64,000 nt of DNA. Origin: Macrostomum lignano. Lineage: Eukaryota. The notes under the pieces are model-generated. The model searched no databases and had not been told where the DNA came from. It was given only the letters and a program-made list of their open reading frames with translations. The position numbers and the translations under genes are program-made. The DNA lies in assembly GCA_002269645.1 (NCBI GenBank), contig NIVC01001936.1, positions 1 to 64,000 of the forward strand, given 5' to 3'. This document shows, in pieces, positions 40,060 through 61,765 of the stretch (the first letter of the stretch is position 1; every line of letters starts with the position of its first letter).

Positions 40060-41755
40060 TGTCGGGTTGACTTTGTGTCCGAGTGACTGTGTTTAAATTA
40101 TTTTGTGTCCGAGTGACTGTGTTTAAATTATTTTGTGTCCGAGTGACTGTGTTTAAATTTTTTTGTGTCCGAGTGACTGTGTTTAAATGACTTTGTTTCC
40201 GGTCGACTTTGTGTCCGAGTGATTGTGTTCAAATGACTGTGCCCAAGTGACATTATGTTCAAATGACTTTGTGTCCGAGTGACTTTGTGTCCGAGTGACT
40301 TTGTGTCCGAGTAACTTTGTGTCCGAGTGACTGTGTCCGTGTGACTTTGTGTCCGAGTGACTTTGTGTCCGAGTGACTTTATGTCCGAGTGACTTTGTGT
40401 CCGAGTGACTTTGTGTTTAAATGACTTTTTGTCCGAGTGACTGTTTTTAAATTATTATGTGTCCGAGTGACTGTGTTTAAATTATTTTGTGTCCGAGTGA
40501 CTGTGTTTAAATTATTTTGTGTCTGAGTGACTGTGTTTAAATTATTTTGTGTCCGAGTGACTGTGTTTAAATTATTTTGTGTCCGAGTGATTGCGTTTAA
40601 ATGACTTTGTTTCCGGTCGACTTTGTGTCCGAGTGATTGTGTTCAAATGACTGTGCCCAAGTGACATTATGTTCAAATGACTTTGTGTCCGAGTGACTTT
40701 GTGTCCGAGTGACTTTGTGTCCGAATGACTTTGTGTCCGAGTAACTTTTTGTCCGACTGACTGTGTCCGTGTGACTTTGTGTCCGAGTAATTTTGTGTCC
40801 GAGTAACTTTGTGTCCGAGTGACTTTGTGTCCGAGTGACTTTGTGTCCGAGTGACTGTGTTTAAATTATTTTGTGTCCGAGTGACTGTGTTTAAATTATT
40901 TTGTGTCTGAGTGACTGTTTAAATTATTTTGTGTCCGAGTGACTGTGTTTAAATTATTTTGTGTCCGAGTGACTGTGTTTAAATGACTTTTTTTCCGGTC
41001 GACTTTGTGTCCGAGTGATTGTGTTTAAATGACTTTGTTTCCGGTCGACTTTGTGTCCGAGTGATTGTGTTCAAATGACTGTGCCCAACTGACATTATGT
41101 TCAAATGACTTTGTGTCCGAGTGACTTTGTGTCCGAGTAACTTTGTGTCCGAGTGACTTTGTGTCCGTGTGACTTTGTGTCCGAGTAACTTTGTGTCCGA
41201 GTGACTTTGTGTCCGAGTGACTTTGTGTCCGAGTGACTTTGTGTCCGAGTGACTTTGTGTCCGAGTGACTGTGTTTAAATTATTTTGTGTCCGAGTGACT
41301 GTGTTTAAATTATTTTGTGTCCGAGTGACTGTTTTTAAATTATTTTGTGTCCGAGTGACTGTGTTTAAATTATTTTGTGTCCGAGTGACTGTGTTTAAAT
41401 TATTTTGTGTCCGAGTGACTGTTTTTAAATTATTTTGTGTCCGAGTGACTGTGTTTAAATTATTTTGTGTCCGAGTGACTGTTTTTAAATTATTTTGTGT
41501 CCGAGTGACTGTGTTTAAATTATTTTGTGTCCGAGTGACTGTGTTTAAATGACTTTTTTTCCGGTCGACTTTGTGTCCCAGTGATTGTGTTTAAATGACT
41601 TTGTTTCCGGTCGACTTTGTGTCCGAGTGATTGTGTTCAAATGACTGTGCCCAAGTGACATTATGTTCAAATATGACTTTGTGTCCGAGTGACTTTGTGT
41701 TTAAGTGACTTTTTTCTTGAGTGACTTTGTGTCTAAATAAATTCGTGTCCGAGTG
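40060..41755. repeat. Complex satellite (TTTGTGTCCGAGTGAC 15-mer and 30-mer variants) with higher-order blocks
   Basis: Block TTCCGGTCGACTTT...GTGCCCAAGTGACATTATGTTC recurs near 40200, 40615, 41040 and 41600. Confidence 0.93.
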
Positions 41756-42429
41756 ACCTTAAGTCCTCAGATTTATCTCAGCTTGATTTTCTGCAACTAT
41801 GAAAATCAGTGCCATGCTCCAACAATGTTTTTCCATTTCTACTATCTATTCAGTCTGCCAATGATGCACGCAGCGATTTTATTTCAAATATTGGTGCCAA
41901 TGCAAATTGATCACATATATATGATATTTTATAAATGCGTTTGTTTCTTCCATGGCCTTTTTATGGTTAGGGATATATGGTTGCCTCTCAAATGTTTAAC
42001 ATGTTGAGCATGTAAAGTTTCCTTTGCTTTATTTTTATAATATAAATTTATATTGTCGCTAATGGCTTCTATATTGTGGTGCGTTTTAAAAACATAATCC
42101 ATGCCCAGCTCTGAATCCAGTATTTTATCATCTAATATCATTTGTAATTGCTTGCGTCAATTGTAAAATAGTTTACTGCTACGAGTAAATGGAACATTCA
42201 AATACTACATAAATTTTGTTTTACTAAATCACGATCGTAAATATATGTTGCCGCTGCGTTAATTTTCCGCGGCAGCGGTTATTGCGGTATTTCTGGCCAA
42301 TTCGAGCGATTTTTTAAGTCGAATTGCCCAGACCAGTTTTTATCTCTGATAGCTCGTAATTATAAACTTTCTCGTTTGTTTCTTGATCTTTTCAATTTGG
42401 TTGGCGGGGCAAAGGATTGGTGTGTTAAA

Positions 42430-43722
42430 GTAAGGGAGTGAGGTGGTGGGTAAAGTAGTGAGGTTGTTGGTAAGGGAGTAAGGTGGTGGGTAAGGGAGTG
42501 AGGTGGTGGGTAAAGTAGTGAGGTGGTGGGTAAAGTAGTGAGGTTGTTGGTAAGGGAGTGAGGTTGTTGGTAAGGGAGTGAGGTGGTGGGTAAAATAGTG
42601 AGGTTGTTGGTAAGGGAGTGAGGTGGTGGGTAAAGTAGTGAGGTGGTGGGTAAAGTAGTGAGGTTGTTGGTAAGGGAGTGAGGTGGTGGGTAAAGTAGTG
42701 AGGTTGTTGGTAAGGGAGTGAGGTGGTGGGTAAAGTAGTGAGGTGGTGGGTAAAGTAGTGAGGTTGTTGGTAAGGGAGTAAGGTGGTGGGTAAGGGAGTG
42801 AGGTGGTGGGTAAAGTAGTGAGGTGGTGGGTAAAGTAGTGAGGTTGTTGGTAAGGGAGTGAGTTTGTTGGTAAGGGAGTGAGGTGGTGGGTAAAGGAGTG
42901 AGGTGGTGGGTAAAGTAGTGAGGTGGTGGGTAAAGTAGTGAGGTTGTTGGTAAGGGAGTGAGGTGGTGGGTAAAGTTAAAGTAGTGAGGTGGTGGGTAAA
43001 GTAGTGAGGTTGTTGGTAAGGGAGTGAGGTGGTGGGTAAAGTAGTGAGGTGGTGGGTAAAGTAGTGAGGTTGTTGGTAAGGGAGTGAGGTGGTGGGTAAA
43101 ATAGTGAGGTTGTTGGTAAGGGAGTGAGGTGGTGGGTAAAGTAGTGAGGTGGTGGGTAAAGTAGTGAGGTTGTTGGTAAGGGAGTGAGGTGGTGGGTAAA
43201 GTAGTGAGGTTGTTGGTAAGGGAGTGAGGTGGTGGGTAAAGTAGTGAGGTGGTGGGTAAAGTAGTGAGGTTGTTGGTAAGGGAGTAAGGTGGTGGGTAAG
43301 GGAGTGAGGTGGTGGGTAAAGTAGTGAGGTGGTGGGTAAAGTAGTGAGGTTGTTGGTAAGGGAGTGAGGTTGTTGGTAAGGGAGTGAGGTGGTGGGTAAA
43401 GGAGTGAGGTGGTGGGTAAAGTAGTGAGGTGGTGGGTAAAGTAGTGAGGTTGTTGGTAAGGGAGTGAGGTGGTGGGTAAAGTTAAAGTAGTGAGGTGGTG
43501 GGTAAAGTAGTGAGGTTGTTGGTAAGGGAGTGAGGTGGTGGGTAAAGTAGTGAGGTGGTGGGTAAAGTAGTGAGGTTGTTGGTAAGGGAGTGAGGTGGTG
43601 GGTAAAATAGTGAGGTTGTTGGTAAGGGAGTGAGGTGGTGGGTAAAGTAGTGAGGTGGTGGGTAAAGTAGTGAGGTTGTTGGTAAGGGAGTGAGGTGGTG
43701 GGTAAAGTAGTGAGGTGGTGGG
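42430..43722. repeat. 20-bp G-rich minisatellite (AAAGTAGTGAGGTGGTGGGT / AAGGGAGTGAGGTTGTTGGT)
   Basis: Read directly from the sequence. Confidence 0.96.
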
Positions 43723-44259
43723 GCATGGGAAACATTTTAGGCATGGAGTAAGGTGGCAAACATAATTAATGACTGTTATAATTCTATGTACATGAAGTAC
43801 GAGGGTAAATTTTACTCCTAGTTGTACACATATTTTGAATGTTTGGTACCGTATAATGTTTTCAACTTATGTATAGATATTACTTTTATGCTTGTGTAAT
43901 ACGGTGTAACTTTTATTCACGAATCCTCTGATCCATGTCTAAATGATTGTTTTTTTACTTCGAGCTCATACGAGCATTTTACGAGTTTTCGACCGGCTGC
44001 ACAAATAGCTACAAGTACTATAGCGAATACGCCCATACAAATAACACAGCGATTTAGTTGTCACGCCTCTGTGACGTATGAAAGATTTCTCCATTTATTA
44101 AAATACGCGACAGAACAGGAAAGCAATAATAGAAACCACATGTGGAAAGTGTGCGCATTCTTGTGGCTGGTGAGGCTGAGGTTCCCACGAGGTTGGGGCT
44201 ATAAAACTGTTTCCTCTCTGTGAAAATGGCACATGCATGCAGGCCAGTAATAAGTAGCC

Positions 44260-47230
44260 ATGGCTCGCAGGAACTCCATCGTAGACAACAGAAGCGGCAA
44301 TCTGATAGTCACCGGGCCAAGACTTCGTCATGATCAGCATCAACAACAACAACATCGCCTGCGCGACGGGGTCAGGCCGGGACACGTCAGCTCTCAGGTG
44401 AACATGTTCTCCCAGATGATTCGCTCAGCTGGCGAGCTGAGAAGTCCTCGAGTAGCCGGGGGTAAGCGGCAGCAGCAGAGGTCCAGGAGACCCAGCAGTT
44501 CAACTGTGATCGGTTTTGCCGAAGTCGGCCGGCCCGCTAAGCTGCAGGTCGTCAATAGCGACTTGTCGATGGGGTCGAAGGGAACCGGCGATCGGGGGGT
44601 CTATGCTGCCGACGAGTGGGCGGTGTACGCCGAGGGGACGGAGCCCAAGAAATCCAAGCAGGAAAGAGGAAGTTCCGATCGAAGGTTTGTGTAAAAATGG
44701 ACACTGCTATTTTTTAAAGTGCACAATGTACTGTATCATCGGCAAGCTTTTTAATTCGACAGATATCTTTCATGCGACTCCTTTGCTCAACACCCACTCC
44801 ACAACACGCAATATCAGTTCACACCCGAAATATCTTACTCCACGCCAACTACCTCTCTCCACGGCCACGCCAACCACCTCACTCCACGGCCACGCCAACC
44901 ACCTCACTCCACGCTAATCATCTCCACACCCAGTGGTGCAAGCAGGAATGCAAGCGTCAATATTTGGTGTCGTTGAGCGATTGGAGCGTGCGCCCCCTGC
45001 CCCCGTCTGCGTATGCCACTGACCACACCCACCACCTCACTCCGCACCCACCACCTCACTCCGCACCCACCACCTCACTCCACACCCACCACCTCACTCC
45101 GCACCCACCACCTCACTTAACACCCACCTCCTCACTCAACACCCACCACCTCGCTCAACACCCACCACCTCACTTAACACCCACCACCTCACTGAAAACC
45201 CACCACCTCGCTCAACACCCACCACCTCACTTAACACCCACCACCTCACTGAAAACCCACCACCTCACTCATCACCCAACACCTCAGTCCAGACCCACAC
45301 CAACACACCTTCGCCCAAATTTAATTCTAGTCCATTTGAGTCTAGGGCGCATAATCTCAGTCTAGTCGATTCACCACTAAACTGTTTATTAAAAAATTCT
45401 TTAACCGGCAGTCACCACCAGCAGCAGCAGCAATCTGAACGCTACAAAGCCGACGAGTGGGCAGTTTACGCAGAGGAGCCGGAGCCCAAGAAATCCAAGC
45501 AGGAGAGAGGAAGTTCCGATCGAAGGTTTGAGTAAAAATGTGCCGAAGTATAGGTGTATAAGTCCATTGTAACATCCGCAAGCCTTTTAATTGAACGCAT
45601 CCCTTTCATACAACTCCCAAGCCTAACATCCACCCACCACCACGCCACATCATTTTGCATCCTCCCTCTGACGCCATCAGCCACCTAATTTCACGCCAAC
45701 CATCTCACTTCACACCCACCACCTGACTCAACACCCACCACCTCACTTCACACCCACCCCCTCACTCCAGACTCACCACCTCACTTCGCACCCACCCCCT
45801 CACTCCAGACCCACCATCTCACTTCGCACCCACCCCCTCACTCCAGACCCACCATCTCACTTCACACCCACCCCCTCACTTCACACCCACCCCCTCACTC
45901 CTGACCCACCCCCTCACTCCAGACCCACCCCCTCACTTCACACCCACCCCCTCACTCCAGACCCACCCTACCATCCCATCGCCTGAATATGTCCATAAAG
46001 TCTAGTTGATCCATCACTAAACTGTATATTAAAAACCTTCAACCGGCAGTCAGCACCAGCAGCAATCTGAACTCTACAAAGCCGACGAGTGGGCCGTTTA
46101 CGCCGAGACGCCTCCATCCCAGACGCCCGACCGCACCGTCCTTCTGCCAGAGCCAGTAGGCCCCGCTGTTGCCAGGGCTACAACCAAAACAAGCGCCGCA
46201 AGAGCAACAACAACATCTTCAGCAGCTTTTGCCCGTCAGCAGCTCTACTCTGAACAGCGACTCAGACGAGAAGCCATGGAATCGACGGATGGCCGGCCGT
46301 CAGTGCTCAATAAATCTTCCTCAGACTACAAAACAGAAGATGACAATAAATTTCTCAAAGAAGAATGGACAGTCTACGAGACAATTCCGTTGGTAACTGC
46401 AGCTGCAGACTCTGGGTTGGACAGAGGCGTCAATGAAGAATTCGACGGAGTAGTTGGTTACAGAAGATACTTAGCGGACGATGGTGCTCAGTTGAGCTCG
46501 AGGAAGACAATGCAGTCTGCTTCTACTCGCGCCAGGACAGCAGGAACTGCGGCTTCGAATCTCGATGCGGCGAAGGAGTTTGCCGAGCGGAAGTCGCGAG
46601 ACGGCCTGTCCAGGAGGCGGGTGACGACGCCAGTTCGGCTGCAGAAGTGGACCGAGGTGCGCGAGCTTGAGACGGTTGAAGAAGTCGACGCTAAGCCTGA
46701 ATTGCCTACGCCCCGGATGTCGGGCTATGAAGCTGAGGGCTTCATCGTCTGGAGCAGCGGCAGCGCGTTGAGTCGCATCGCTCTCAGACTCAATCTCCGC
46801 TTGGCTACAAGCGCTATCTGACAATGGACGAGATCGATTACCGTAGGACAAACAGTTCGACTGGAAATATTGTGCATGGTGAGCAGCAACTCTGGCTCGT
46901 GTAGGAGCTCAGATGAAGATGGATTTAGACCTATATACAAACTTTATCTAGCATGGAGGCAAGGTGCGGGTTGGCCCTATTGAGCGCATCTCCGAGCCAC
47001 TCTACCCCTGAAGGATAGAGAGTTATTAAGCGATTGAAATTGGTAAACTATTATAATCCTGTGCCTCTTTCACATTCCTGACAGCTTCCTACCAGAGGAG
47101 TCCTGACGCGTATTACTACTTCTACTCTGACGAGACTGAGAAACGCCGCGGTCACCGTCGAGATCAGAAAACTCCGAAGAGTCGCGTCTACAAGCGAGCT
47201 AATTTGAGAAGCTACGAGTTTACTAAATAG
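44260..47230 (+). CDS. Orphan, largely hydrophilic protein (~504 aa); exons 44260-44684, 45412-45525, 46050-46878 (1-bp frameshift near 46738), 47085-47230
   Basis: Phase-compatible GT-AG junctions (2, 2, 1); DEWAVYAE x3, EEWTVYET x1, GY[RK]RYL x2; the last exon joins in phase only if one G is restored in GAGGGC. No family recognised. Confidence 0.65.
44990..45300. repeat. C-rich intronic repeat (CACCCACCACCTCACT core)
   Basis: Read directly from the sequence. Confidence 0.85.
45690..45965. repeat. C-rich intronic repeat (CACCCACCCCCTCACT core)
   Basis: Read directly from the sequence. Confidence 0.85.
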
Positions 47231-47284
47231 ATAGTTATATTTGTATTCTGTTGCTGTACTTAAGTTAATGAGTGCGGCTGGGAT

Positions 47285-47480
47285 CGAGGTGGTAAGTGCG
47301 GAGTGAGGTGGTGGGTACGGCGTTAGGTGGTAAGTGCGGAGTGAGGTGGTGGGTACGGCGTTAGGTGGTGGGTGCGGAGTGAGATGGTGGGTACGGCGTT
47401 AGGTGGTGGGTGCGGAGTGAGATGGTGGGTACGGCGTTAGGTGGTGGGTGCGGAGTGAGGTGGTGGGTGCGGAGTGGGGT
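47285..47480. repeat. 19-bp-based G-rich repeat (GCGGAGTGAGGTGGTGGGT / ACGGCGTTAGGTGGTGGGT)
   Basis: Read directly from the sequence. Confidence 0.9.
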
Positions 47481-47849
47481 GGCAAGGACTACTCAAGTAA
47501 CATATACGAGTATATAGGAAGCTACACTCGAAATCGATGGTAATGTTTTGAAGGCAACTTTTCGCCGAAAAATACACTACAGAGATCGGAGGTTTTAATT
47601 TTTTCAGCACAAAAATTGTTACTGCTTTTGATAGGAGGCAGATCCAGTGTTCATCTTTTGATATGTTGTGCCTTTCTTATTGCTTTATCGATATTCATAA
47701 AGCTTTTCGTTCAGAAATAGTTTTAAAGGCAGGTTTCACCGGAAAAATACACTACGGAGATAGGAAATTTCACGATTTTCAACACGAAAACAGTTATTGG
47801 GTCTCTTAACAGTGTCAGAGAAAGTTGCGTCCTTCTACTTAAGTTGTCC

Positions 47850-48058
47850 TTGTGAGGTGGTGGGTACGGCGTTAGGTGGCGGGTGCGGAGTGAGGTGGTG
47901 GGTGCAGAGTGAGGTGGTGGGTGCGGAGTGAGGTGGCGGGTGCGGAGTGAGGTGGTGGGTGCGGAGTGAGGTGGTGAGTGCGGAGTGAGGTGGCGGGTGC
48001 GGAGTGAGGTGGTGGGTGCGGAGTGAGGTGGCGGGTGCGGAGTGAGGGGGTGGGTGCG
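47850..48058. repeat. 19-bp G-rich repeat (GCGGAGTGAGGTGGTGGGT)
   Basis: Read directly from the sequence; same family as 47285-47480. Confidence 0.9.
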
Positions 48059-48974
48059 CGATTGCTTCACGCTTCCTTTCTCTTTACTGAAGTACTTAAT
48101 AAAGCAATCATTACAGCAGCAATATTTTACGATATAATACGCGCGCCCGTATATCACCACAGCACGAAAACTGTGACTTATAACATGTTAATAATGTTTT
48201 ACTTGCGAAAGCATATATGCTCGTACATGTAAATGTAGTTACATGCTAATTATTATGTCATACATTTTTACAATTAGCGTAATGTTAAGTTCTCTCTGGA
48301 TAATAAATATATCGAAAGTAAATATAATATTTAATATGATATTTGTTTTCATAGTTTTATATCACACGAACGACTTTCTTTCAAATACTTTTATTTCTTA
48401 TTGTTGTCGTACTACTTACAGTAGTAAGCTCAGATATTTAGCGTATCTGAAATTTTAAACTACATTCGAATTCTGTGTTTGACCATGTATAAAGAAAGCA
48501 AGCGCGTTATTTAGTGTATACAAAATAGTTTATAAAACTGTTTTATAAATTTCTTCAGGTGAGTATATTTATCTGAATGGCAAAAGTGCACAAATATATT
48601 AGTATGACGAAACATGCCAAACCTAAATTTCAGTCTGCACAATGTTTTCATATCACACTTGTCCATGTTTAAAAATAATAAATAATTACGTTTTTGATAT
48701 TCCGTATGCTGTTGTAAAACAGTTAAAACTCAATTCTTTGCAATCTCTAAAAAACAACTTTTACATGTTTTGTTTAAATCTTCAATGGCAAGTTTCTAAT
48801 AGTTAGAGGAGGCGGAGCCTTCCAGGGCGCATAAATAGATGACAAACAATAATTTGTTCATGAAACCACGTGGAGTTCGTCGCTAAGGTTAATGTATTCA
48901 AATTAAGCAAGCAAAATTCACCATGCAAAAGCAAAAAAGTGTACAAAATCTGTGTAGGTTCTTTCAGTTTGATC

Positions 48975-50238
48975 CCCTTCCAGTCTGATCCCCTCCAGTC
49001 TGATCCCCTCCAGTCTGATCCCCTCCAGTCTGATCCCCTCCAGTCTGATCCCCTCCAGTCTGATCCCCTCCAGTCTGATCCCCTCCAGTCTGATCCCCTC
49101 CAGTCTGATCCCCTCCAGTCTGATCCCCTCCAGTCTGATCCCCTCCAGTCTGATCCCCTCCAGTCTGATCCTCTCCAGTCTGATCCCCTCCAGTCTGATC
49201 CCCTTCGGTCTGATCCCCTCCAGTCTGATCCCCTCCAGTCTGATCCCCTTCGGTCTGATCCCCTTCGGTCTGATCCCCTCCAGTCTGATCCCCTCCAGTC
49301 TGATCCCCTCCAGTCTGATCCCCTCCAGTCTGATCCCCTCCAGTCTGATCCCCTCCAGTCTGATCCCCTCCAGTCTGATCCCTTCCAGTCTGATCCCCTC
49401 CAGTCTGATCCCCTCCAGTCTGATCCCCTCCAGTCTGATCCCCTCCAGTCTGATCCCCTCCAGTCTGATCCCCTCCAGTCTGATCCTCTCCAGTCTGATC
49501 CCCTCCAGTCTGATCCCCTTCGGTCTGATCCCCTCCAGTCTGATCCCCTCCAGTCTGATCCCCTTCGGTCTGATCCCCTCCAGTCTGATCCCCTCCAGTC
49601 TGATCCCCTCCAGTCTGATCCCCTCCAGTCTGATCCCCTCCAGTCTGATCCCCTCCAGTCTGATCCCCTCCAGTCTGATCCCCTCCAGTCTGATCCCCTC
49701 CAGTCTGATCCTCTCCAGTCTGATCCCCTCCAGTCTGATCCCCTCCAGTCTGATCCCCTCCAGTCTGATCCCCTTCAGTCTGATCCCCTCCAGTCTGATC
49801 CCCTCCAGTCTGATCCCCTTCAGTCTGATCCCCTCCAGTCTGATCCCCTCCAGTCTGATCCACTCCAGTCTGATCCCCTCCAGTCTGATCCCCTCCAGTC
49901 TGATCCCCTCCAGTCTGATCCCCTCCAGTCTGATCCCCTCCAGTCTGATCCCCTTCAGTCTGATCCCCTCCAGTCTGATCCCCTCCAGTCTGATCCCCTG
50001 AAGTCTGGACCCCTCCAGTCTGATCCACTTCAGTCTGATCCCTCCAGTCTGATCCCCTGAAGTCTGGACCCCTTCAGTCTGATCCACTTCAGTCTGATCC
50101 CCTTCAGTCTGATCCCCTCCAGTCTGGACCCCTTCAGTCTGATCCCCTCCAGTCTGATCCCCTCCAGTCTGATCCCTTTAAGTCTGGACCCCTTCAGTCT
50201 GATCGCCTCTAGTCTGATCCCCTCCAGTCTGATCCCCA
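48975..50238. repeat. 15-bp minisatellite (CAGTCTGATCCCCTC), about 84 copies
   Basis: Read directly from the sequence. Confidence 0.97.
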
Positions 50239-50393
50239 TAAATCTTATTTAATTAAATTAAATTTTTTTTATATTTGGTTTGAGAATGAAATAGGCATCC
50301 CATACTTATCTGATCTAAAAAAAGGATTTTTCACACAACAGAAGTTTTATACAGGTATTAAAAGTTATAGTCAAACTAAGCTAGCGTAAAAAC

Positions 50394-57279
<6,886 letters not shown>

Positions 57280-57311
57280 CTGCGGGAGTAGTTAAGGGGA
57301 GCTGGCAGGTA

Positions 57312-58337
<1,026 letters not shown>

Positions 58338-58774
58338 GCACGCCATTTAGTTGAATTTCCAAAGCAATTTATGAAAACATTAACAAGTAGACTAAAAGAA
58401 CTGGACACAGTCAGAATCTTTCCATTTTAAAATCTGCAAACAATGTAGCATTTGATAGATTGCGCTATTTTTCTTACCAGCGAAGCCAGATGCAAATGAA
58501 ACCCAATTTGCACTTTTGCGAATAGGCATTGAAAGTCTTAGGCAAGCCCACTTACCCCGCCTGGCCTCCCTAGCAACAAGCTTAAAGTTGCATTCCTGAC
58601 TTAATTGCTTACTACTTTCTAAAGTCAGCTTCAATTTCAGTAGTTGGGTTAAAAACTAAAAAACAGCTCTCGACTACGTGAACTTAAGTGCTAGTTACTG
58701 TGTCTACCAACCCACCTACATTCTTACGCCCGTACGTACCTGCTTGGGACGCGAATTTTACCTGTTAGATAGGC

Positions 58775-61765
58775 TACCTATCCCTTAGATAGGCTACCTA
58801 TCCGTTATATAGGCAACCTACCTGTTAGATAGGCTACCTACCTGTTAGATAGGCTACCTACCTGTTAGATAGGCTACCTACCTGTTAGATAGGCTACCTA
58901 CCTGTTAGATAGGCTACCTACCTGTTAGAAAGGCTACCTACCTGTTAGATAGGCTACCTACCTGTTAGATAGGCAACCTACCTGTTAGATAGGCTAACCT
59001 ACCTGTTATATAGGCAACCTACCTGTTAGATAGGCTACCTACCTGTTAGATAGGCTACCTACCTGTTATATAGGCTACCTACCTGTTAGATAGGCTACCT
59101 ACCTGTTATATAGGCAACCTACCTGTTAGATAGGCTACCTACCTGTTAGATAGGCTACCTACCTGTTAGATAGGCTACCTACCTGTTAGATAGGCTACCT
59201 ACCTGTTAGATAGGCTACCTACCTGTTAGATAGGCTACCTACCTGTTAGATAGGCTACCTACCTGTTAGATAGGCTACCTACCTGTTAGATAGGCTACCT
59301 ACCTGTTAGAAAGGCTACCTACCTGTTAGATAGGCTACCTACCTGTTGGATAGGCTACCTACCTGTTAGATAGGCTACCTACCTGTTAGATAGGCTACCT
59401 ACCTGTTAGATAGGCTACCTACCTGTTATATAGGCTACCTACCTGTTATATAGGCAACCTACCTGTTAGATAGGCTACCTACCTGTTAGATAGGCTACCC
59501 ACCTGTTAGATAGGCTACCTACCTGTTAGATAGGCTACCAACCTGTTAGATAGGCTACCTACCTGTTAGATAGGCAACCTACCTGTTAGATAGGCTAACC
59601 TACCTGTTATATAGGCAACCTACCTGTTAGATAGGCTACCTACCTGTTAGATAGGCTACCTACCTGTTAGAAAGGCTACCTACCTGTTAGATAGGCTACC
59701 TACCTGTTAGATAGGCTACCTACCTGTTATATAGGCTACCTACCTGTTAGATAGGCTACCTACCTGTTATATAGGCTACCTACCTGTTAGATAGGCTACC
59801 TACCTGTTAGATAGGCTACCTACCTGTTAGATAGGCTACCTACCTGTTAGATAGGCTACCTACCTGTTAGATAGGCTACCTACCTGTTAGATAGGCAACC
59901 TACCTGTTAGATAGGCTAACCTACCTGTTATATAGGCAACCTACCTGTTAGATAGGCTACCAACCTGTTAGATAGGTAACCTACCTGTTAGATAGGCTAC
60001 CAACCTGTTAGATAGGCTACCAACCTGTTAGATACCTACCTGTTAGATAGGCTACCTACCGGTTAGATAGGCTACCTACCTGTTAGATAGGCTACCTACC
60101 TGTTAGATAGGCTACCTACCTGTTAGATAGGCTACCTACCTGTTAGATAGGCTACCTACCTGTTAGATAGGCTACCTACCTGTTATATAGGCTACCTACC
60201 TGTTAGATAGGCTACCTACCTGTTAGAAAGGCTACCTACCTGTTAGATAGGCTACCTACCTGTTGGATAGGCTACCTACCTGTTAGATAGGCAACCTACC
60301 TGTTAGATAGGCTAACCTACCTGTTATATAGGCAACCTACCTGTTAGATAGGCTACCAACCTGTTAGATAGGTAACCTACCTGTTAGATAGGCTACCAAC
60401 CTGTTAGATAGGCTACCAACCTGTTAGATACCTACCTGTTAGATAGGCTACCTACCGGTTAGATAGGCTACCTACCTGTTAGATAGGCTACCTACCTGTT
60501 AGATAGGCTACCTACCTGTTAGATAGGCTACCTACCTGTTAGATAGGCTACCTACCTGTTATATAGGCTACCTACCTGTTAGATAGGCTACCTACCTGTT
60601 AGAAAGGCTACCTACCTGTTAGATAGGCTACCTACCTGTTGGATAGGCTACCTACCTGTTAGATAGGCTACCTACCTGTTAGAAAGGCTACCTACCTGTT
60701 AGATAGGCTACCTACCTGTTGGATAGGCTACCTACCTGTTAGATAGGCTACCTACCTGTTAGATAGGCTACCCTACCTGTTAGATAGGCTACCTACCTGT
60801 TAGATAGGCTACCTACCTGTTAGATAGGCTACCTACCTGTTAGAAAGGCTACCTACCTGTTAGATGGGCTACCTACCTGTTAGATAGGCTACCTACCTGT
60901 TAGATAGGCTACCTACCTGTTAGATAGGCTACCTACCTGTTAGATAGGCTACCAACCTGTTAGATAGGCTACCAACCTGTTAGATAGGCTACCTACCTGT
61001 TAGATAGGCAACCTACCTGTTAGATAGGCTACCTACCTGTTAGATAGGCTACCCTACCTGTTAGATAGGCTACCTACCTGTTAGATAGGCTACCCTACCT
61101 GTTAGATAGGCTACCCTACCTGTTAGATAGGCTACCTACCTGTTAGATAGGCTACCCTACCTGTTAGATAGGCTACCCTACCTGTTAGATAGGCTACCTA
61201 CCTGTTAGATAGGCTACCCTACCTGTTAGATAGGCTACCCTACCTGTTAGATAGGCTACCTACCTGTTAGATAGGCTACCCTACCTGTTAGATAGGCTAC
61301 CCTACCTGTTAGATAGGCTACCTACCTGTTAGATAGGCTACCTACCTGTTAGATAGGCAACCTACCTGTTAGATAGGCTAACCTACCTGTTAGATAGGCT
61401 ACCTACCTGTTAGATAGGCTACCTACCTGTTAGATAGGCTACCTACCTGTTAGATAGGCTACCTACCTGTTAAATAGGCTACCTACCTGTTAGATAGGCT
61501 ACCTACCTGTTAGATAGGCTACCTACCTGTTAGATAGGCTAACCTACCTGTTAGATAGGCTACCTACCTGTTAGATAGGCTACCTACCTGTTAGATAGGC
61601 TACCTACCTGTTAGATAGGCTACCTACCTGTTAGATAGGCTACCCTACCTGTTAGATAGGCTACCTACCTGTTAGATAGGCTACCTACCTGTTAGATAGG
61701 CTACCTACCTGTTAGATAGGCTACCCTACCTGTTAGATAGGCTACCTACCTGTTAGATAGGCTAC
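58775..61765. repeat. 20-bp minisatellite (CTACCTACCTGTTAGATAGG), about 150 copies
   Basis: Read directly from the sequence. Confidence 0.97.
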
